Shown here: in pieces, positions 59,326 to 64,000 of the stretch
Layout of the letters: every line of letters begins with the position of its first letter
How positions within the stretch are numbered: the first letter of the stretch is position 1
NCBI GenBank assembly: GCA_036677065.1
Contig: JAKFBS010000004.1
Coordinates: 288,001 to 352,000, forward strand
Direction of reading: 5' to 3'
DNA from: Bdellovibrio sp.
GTDB taxonomy: Bacteria; Bdellovibrionota; Bdellovibrionia; Bdellovibrionales; Bdellovibrionaceae
Length of the DNA stretch: 64,000 bases
Made by a program: the position numbers and the translations under genes
Notes under the pieces: model-generated
What the model was told of the DNA's origin: nothing
The model's database searches: none
The model's input: only the letters and a program-made list of their open reading frames with translations

Positions 59326-59342
59326 GTAAAAGTAACGCCGTA

Positions 59343-60113
59343 CTAGATAAATCCAAAGCCGCGTTTTTTAACTTCGGTGTTAATTCTTTTTTGCAGATTT
59401 TCTTGAATCTCGGTGGCTAATTCATGACAAAGTTCAGAATCACTCATTTTATCTGGACCAAATGGCAAAGTGACTGGTTTTTCGAAAATAATTTTCCACT
59501 TTGCCGGTAGGGGAATCACATTCAGCGGAAGCGGCAAAACTAAACCACGCAAAAATTTTGAAAACTTAAGCTGGCGCAAATTAATATTGGTCTCTTCAGC
59601 ACCCAGAATCACCGTCGGAACAATCGTCGCATCTGTAGCAAGAGCCATGCGAATAAAGCCGCGTTTGAATTCTTGCAGCTGATAACGTTTCGAAGTGGGT
59701 TTAAAATTACCGTGTTCGCCCTCTGGAAAAATCACGATCATTTGTTTTTTCTTTAGATAATTCACGCCGTTTTCAAAAGTCGCCTCGAAAAAACCAAGTT
59801 TTTGTGCAGGTAAGGCTGTCGTTTCAGTTAAAAACCATAAATGATGGGTAAGAACTCTGGGTACGCGCTGAGTTTTTTCCTGAATAATATAAGCTAATAC
59901 CATGGCATCCATTGCCGTAAATCCTGAATGGTTCGGCGCAATGATTATTGGTCCGCTGGTGGGGATATTTTCTACGCCTTCAACTTCAATGCGAAAATAT
60001 TTTTTTAAAATCTCCATGAAAAGTCGCGGAAAAACTTTATATAGCAACTCGTCAGCACCGAGTGACTTTAAATTGAATACTTTTTCGTTGGGTTTTTTTA
60101 AAAAATTGATCAT
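59343..60113 (-). CDS. PlsC/LPLAT-family acyltransferase
   Basis: NHSGFTAMD, IFPEG, FKRGFIRMA, IVP. Start placed at ATG 60113. Confidence 0.88.
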   Translation of the reverse strand: MINFLKKPNEKVFNLKSLGADELLYKVFPRLFMEILKKYFRIEVEGVENIPTSGPIIIAPNHSGFTAMDAMVLAYIIQEKTQRVPRVLTHHLWFLTETTALPAQKLGFFEATFENGVNYLKKKQMIVIFPEGEHGNFKPTSKRYQLQEFKRGFIRMALATDATIVPTVILGAEETNINLRQLKFSKFLRGLVLPLPLNVIPLPAKWKIIFEKPVTLPFGPDKMSDSELCHELATEIQENLQKRINTEVKKRGFGFI

Positions 60114-60122
60114 GATATTTCT

Positions 60123-61610
60123 ATGAAAAAATATATCATGGCCATCGATCAAGGAACAACCGGTTCAACAGTCATTTTAGTGGATCAAGGCGGAGGTCTG
60201 GTCGCATCTAGTGATCAGGATTTTCCGCAACACTATCCAGAACCTGGTTGGGTCGAACACGATCCTCGTGATATTTGGGAATCCGTCTCTCAATCGGCGC
60301 GTAAAGCATTGAGTAAGATTCAGGCGAGCCCCAGTGATGTTTTAACGATAGGTATTACGAATCAACGTGAAACCGTCGTGGCTTGGCGTAAATCAAATTC
60401 TGAAGTGTTACACAATGCCATCGTGTGGCAATGTCGTCGAACTACCGAGATGTGCAATAAGCTTCGTCCAACGTGGCAGAAAAAAATCAAAGATAAAACA
60501 GGTCTGGTGCTAGATCCTTATTTTTCGGCCAGCAAAATGCGTTGGTTAATTGAAAATGTGCCTGCAGTTAAAAAAGCTTTAAACGATGATGATTTAGCTT
60601 TCGGCAACATGGACACATTTTTAATGTGGAAATTAACTTCAGGAAAAACTTTCGCCACAGATGTAAGTAATGCCTCTCGCACAATGTTGATGAATTTAAA
60701 AACATTAGCTTGGGATAAAGACTTATTAAAATTATTTAAAGTTCCACTTTCGGCATTACCAGAAATTAAATCGTCAGCAGGAGCTTTTGGTGTTACCCAA
60801 AATGCTGGTTTCGTTGTTGATGGCACTCTGATTTCTGGAGTTGCAGGAGACCAGCAGGCAGCTCTTTTTGGTCAGGCTTGTTACGCGGCGGGTGAAAGCA
60901 AATGTACATTTGGTACCGGCAGTTTTATTTTGATGAATTCAGGAACCAAAATTCTAAAATCAAAATCGAATTTACTGACAACAGTGGCATGGAAAATTAA
61001 AGATCAACCGGCGCAATACGCGCTTGAAGGTGGAGCTTTTATTTGCGGCGCCGCCGTTCAGTGGCTGCGTGATGGTTTAGGGTTAATCGAATCAAGTGCT
61101 GAAGTTGAAAAATTAGCTGCTGAAGTACCAAATACTAACGGTGTTGAATTTGTTCCGGCTCTTACGGGACTTGGTGCCCCTCACTGGAAGCCCGAAGCTC
61201 GCGGCGAATTAACAGGGTTAACTCGTGGTACGACAAAGTCTCACATTGCACGCGCAACCTTAGAAGCAATGGCCTTGCAAAATGCTGATATTCTTATAGC
61301 CATGCAAAAAGACTTAGGTAAAAAAATTAAAAAATTGCGCGTTGATGGCGGGGCCTCTGCAAATAATTTATTAATGCAGCTGCAAGCTGATTATTTGCAA
61401 ACACAAGTTGATCGGCCGCAACAAATCGAAACTACTTCAATGGGAGCAGCGTACTTAGCTGGTATTGGGGCGGGGGTTTGGAATTCTACTGCTGAAATTA
61501 ACAAAATCTGGAAGATCGATCGTTCGTTTAAGGCGACGATTAAGAAAAAAGATTTAACAGCGCGACAAAAATCGTGGGCTAAGGCGATAAAAAAAGTGTT
61601 AGTGACATAA
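60123..61610 (+). CDS. glpK: Glycerol kinase
   Basis: IDQGTT, GITNQRET, WQCRRT, DPYFSASK, TDVSNASRT, GDQQAALFG, KCTFGTG, VDGG. Confidence 0.97.
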   Translation: MKKYIMAIDQGTTGSTVILVDQGGGLVASSDQDFPQHYPEPGWVEHDPRDIWESVSQSARKALSKIQASPSDVLTIGITNQRETVVAWRKSNSEVLHNAIVWQCRRTTEMCNKLRPTWQKKIKDKTGLVLDPYFSASKMRWLIENVPAVKKALNDDDLAFGNMDTFLMWKLTSGKTFATDVSNASRTMLMNLKTLAWDKDLLKLFKVPLSALPEIKSSAGAFGVTQNAGFVVDGTLISGVAGDQQAALFGQACYAAGESKCTFGTGSFILMNSGTKILKSKSNLLTTVAWKIKDQPAQYALEGGAFICGAAVQWLRDGLGLIESSAEVEKLAAEVPNTNGVEFVPALTGLGAPHWKPEARGELTGLTRGTTKSHIARATLEAMALQNADILIAMQKDLGKKIKKLRVDGGASANNLLMQLQADYLQTQVDRPQQIETTSMGAAYLAGIGAGVWNSTAEINKIWKIDRSFKATIKKKDLTARQKSWAKAIKKVLVT

Positions 61611-61642
61611 AAAAATGGCCATCAAGTATTCATGATGGCCAT
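61609..61642 (-). terminator. Intrinsic terminator between convergent genes
   Basis: ATGGCCATCA-N8-TGATGGCCAT, with a T-tract on the minus strand. Confidence 0.8.
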
Positions 61643-61652
61643 ATCGTTCTTA

Positions 61653-63395
61653 CTACTGAATATATAAATCTGTTGATACTGCAAACGGTGTTGGGTTGCT
61701 CAAGCTTGAAGAGCTGACCGAACGTTTAACGTCTACTTGTACGCGGATTTGTGCTCCAGCTTTTAGGATTGAAGAAGCTTTGCTTCCTAATAATTTAGCT
61801 AAAGTTACTTCGCCGTTAGCTGCTTGCGCTTGTTCGCGGCTTACAGTTTGTGGGGTGTTGATCGCGCGTAATTTACCGTTTTTCACTTCGAATAAGCTTA
61901 ATACGTACTTAGTACTTACTTCGCTAAATTGCTCAGTGCTGTCAGATAATTTGATGTAAGCATTTACACCTTGTTGGTTCGGAGCAGTTAATTCTACTTT
62001 TGATGAATCAGATAAAATCTGGATATCTTCAGAAGTTAAAACACGGCGGTCATAAACTGCAGTGCTAGAAAAAGATAACTGACCATTAGCAATCACAGAA
62101 CCAAGACGAGTTGTTTTAACAACGGCTTTGATTTTAGAGTGAGCCCCAATTTGAGCTTGTACGATTAAACCAGTTTTGCCGTTAGCTAATGAAGTCGCAA
62201 TACCTTGCTCGATTAAAGCATCAGTTGCTAAGTCACGAACTTCGATCTCAGAAGTAGTTTGTACTTTAGAGTGTGTCACTGAATCAGCAAAGCTGACTAC
62301 GAATTGATTTAAAAGCGGTGAGTACACAACTTGTAAACCTTTAAGTGAAGCTGTTCCGGCATTTGAAGAATCAAATAGTGGAGTTAAACCTAACTGCACG
62401 TTGATCACTTCGCCTGATTGCGATTGAGAAATCACTTTGTATCCATATAATGAGTTAACAGTGGCAACAGTTACTTGGCCCGGTTGAGCTGAAGTTAAAG
62501 TTACTTTTAAGGTCTCAGATTCATGAGCAGCTAAAATAGCATCTTGCGGGAATGAAACTACAACTTGGAATTGTAACTGACGGTCAAAAACTGTTTGCGT
62601 TTCAGTTTTGCAACATTTTGTTTCTTCACGGTATTTAGTTACAGTGCGAGTGCGAGTCTCATCACGGTATTTTGTTTCGTCACGGTAACGAGTCACTTCT
62701 TTTTGGTAAGGTACACGCACGTTTCCGCATTGTTGTTCAGTGTAAGGAACCTGAACATTACGGCATTCTCTATCAGTGTAAGGAACTTGGTGGTCGCGGC
62801 ATTCTTGACGAGTGTATGGAACATTGTTGCAAACTTGTTGGTTTTCACAACGTTGAGTTGGGCCAGTTCCGCTATCACATACGCGACGAGTTTTACAAAC
62901 TTGTTGCCCATGAGCATTTGTGCCACATTCAGTCACATCACGGCATTGGCCCGGTTCGCCAGGAACTAAGTAACATTTTTGTTCGTTACGGCATTCTCTG
63001 CGGTAGTCAGTTACGTTTTGGCAACGGCGTTCATTGCGGTAACGAGTTACATTTTCACAACGTTGTTCGTTGCGGTAACGTGTTACCGTTTCACAGCGAT
63101 ATTCATCGCGGTATTCAGTCACATAATCAGTATAAGGAACTTGAACAGTGTACGGAACTTGAACTGTATAAGTTTCTTCGACCTGATAAGGTACCTGAAC
63201 TGTGTAAGGCACTTGCACTTGTTCTTGGCGAAATAAATTTTTCGACAAGTGTGCGATGGCTTGGTGAGCGCTTGTTGCCGTGCGCGTAATAACCTGAGAT
63301 GTTTGCTCAGACGGTGCCGAATTGGCTGTAGCACTCACGCTTAATGCGGTGATGGCTGCAACAAATAAAGGCAAAAACTTTTTAAATTGGATCAT
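61653..63395 (-). CDS. Secreted protein with a long mirror-symmetric Cys-ladder (VPY/TRY) repeat region and C-terminal beta domains
   Basis: SD AAAGGGGGA, signal peptide, VQVPYT and VTRYR repeats, 14 symmetric Cys. Confidence 0.85.
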   Translation of the reverse strand: MIQFKKFLPLFVAAITALSVSATANSAPSEQTSQVITRTATSAHQAIAHLSKNLFRQEQVQVPYTVQVPYQVEETYTVQVPYTVQVPYTDYVTEYRDEYRCETVTRYRNEQRCENVTRYRNERRCQNVTDYRRECRNEQKCYLVPGEPGQCRDVTECGTNAHGQQVCKTRRVCDSGTGPTQRCENQQVCNNVPYTRQECRDHQVPYTDRECRNVQVPYTEQQCGNVRVPYQKEVTRYRDETKYRDETRTRTVTKYREETKCCKTETQTVFDRQLQFQVVVSFPQDAILAAHESETLKVTLTSAQPGQVTVATVNSLYGYKVISQSQSGEVINVQLGLTPLFDSSNAGTASLKGLQVVYSPLLNQFVVSFADSVTHSKVQTTSEIEVRDLATDALIEQGIATSLANGKTGLIVQAQIGAHSKIKAVVKTTRLGSVIANGQLSFSSTAVYDRRVLTSEDIQILSDSSKVELTAPNQQGVNAYIKLSDSTEQFSEVSTKYVLSLFEVKNGKLRAINTPQTVSREQAQAANGEVTLAKLLGSKASSILKAGAQIRVQVDVKRSVSSSSLSNPTPFAVSTDLYIQ

Positions 63396-63429
63396 TGTGT
63401 CCCCCTTTTATTGAACGGGAGACTTAAGA

Positions 63430-63443
63430 GCAACAAGAGTGCC
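63430..63443 (-). promoter_or_regulatory. sigma54 -24/-12 promoter candidate
   Basis: Minus strand cGGCACTCTTGTTGCt, near-consensus GGCAC-N5-TTGC. Confidence 0.7.
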
Positions 63444-63476
63444 GAAAATTGTCGTCACTAAATGGTGATAAAGTGA

Positions 63477-63932
63477 CTATTCTTCGCGATAGGTTTCGGG
63501 GATTTGAACTTCTTCAAGATCATCGATATCGCCCTGAAATTCGCGCTTAGAAGCCATTTCGATTTTTTGTGAAAGCTTGGCATCAAGTGTTCCATTAGAA
63601 TAAGCGGCAATAATTTTTGAGTACTTTGCGGCCGTTGTCGAAATGATAGAAGTTGAACTCGCTAGAGAATAGAGTCCAAAAATAGTCATAAAGAAAAGCA
63701 TAGCTCGGGTTGCGTTAATAGTAGGAATGTCTTTACTGCGTAGAATCGAATTGTGAATTTTTTTATAAAATACGATGAGAATCAATGGTGAAAATGCAAG
63801 TAGTAGCCCATAAAACCACCAAACGCTGGTCGACCAAAGCATTTCAGCACAACGTTCATTGCAACTGGTTTTGATCAAAAACTGATATTTTTGAATCATG
63901 AGCGAGCCAAAATATTTGAATTGGTAAAACAT
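63477..63932 (-). CDS. Hypothetical membrane protein
   Basis: Two hydrophobic segments; start uncertain. Confidence 0.45.
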   Translation of the reverse strand: MFYQFKYFGSLMIQKYQFLIKTSCNERCAEMLWSTSVWWFYGLLLAFSPLILIVFYKKIHNSILRSKDIPTINATRAMLFFMTIFGLYSLASSTSIISTTAAKYSKIIAAYSNGTLDAKLSQKIEMASKREFQGDIDDLEEVQIPETYREE

Positions 63933-64000
63933 GAATGTCAGAGTAAGGATGCCAAGAACGAATTTTTCACAGAAAGCCCCGTATTTAAAATGAAGCTTAA

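Noticed and set aside
59343..60113. This acyltransferase as the OlsA partner of the ornithine-lipid module
   Set aside because: About 37 kb away and interlocked with glpK; nothing in the sequence links it to that module.
62595..63334. Several long alternative-frame ORFs over the Cys-ladder gene (e.g. 62672-63289 +)
   Set aside because: Explained by low stop-codon frequency in repetitive coding DNA; no SD or recognisable protein features.
1..64000. tRNA, rRNA, IS elements, prophage or integrase
   Set aside because: No such motifs recognised; intergenic gaps are short and accounted for by promoters and terminators. Small ncRNAs cannot be excluded without covariance searches.

Overview
An AT-rich bacterial chromosomal segment. 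Its gene content points to a predatory Bdellovibrionota (Bdellovibrio/Pseudobdellovibrio-like) organism (inference): RomR-type polarity regulator, mitochondrial-type aconitase, prepilin clusters and many orphan secreted proteins. The housekeeping backbone is aconitase with a divergent LysR, a MoxR/DUF58/transglutaminase operon, pstS, birA-nadC-romR, lptG-def-fmt-rpe, hutH/hutU/hutI, sucA-sucB-lpdA, gpmA and glpK. I saw no rRNA, tRNA, CRISPR array or mobile element. Main observations: (1) Six scattered orphan secreted-protein genes each have a sigma54-type -24/-12 promoter, suggesting a co-regulated effector set: a glycine-zipper protein plus small membrane partner, an ADP-ribosyltransferase-like protein, a DUF4360-like protein, a signal-peptide-bearing tandem-GGDEF protein, a 750-aa helical protein and a Cys-ladder protein. 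(2) The Cys-ladder protein has 14 cysteines with perfectly mirror-symmetric spacing, implying a very long disulfide-stapled beta-hairpin. (3) An arginase plus OlsB-like acyltransferase operon lies head-to-head with pstS around a Pho-box-like repeat; a 19-bp direct repeat at the gene junction would fuse the two genes in frame if collapsed. (4) A TPR gene is interrupted by a single in-frame TGA. (5) A serpin sits inside the hutH-hutU operon. (6) Several promoters are placed so as to give leaderless mRNAs. All family assignments come from motif recognition only; no searches were run.
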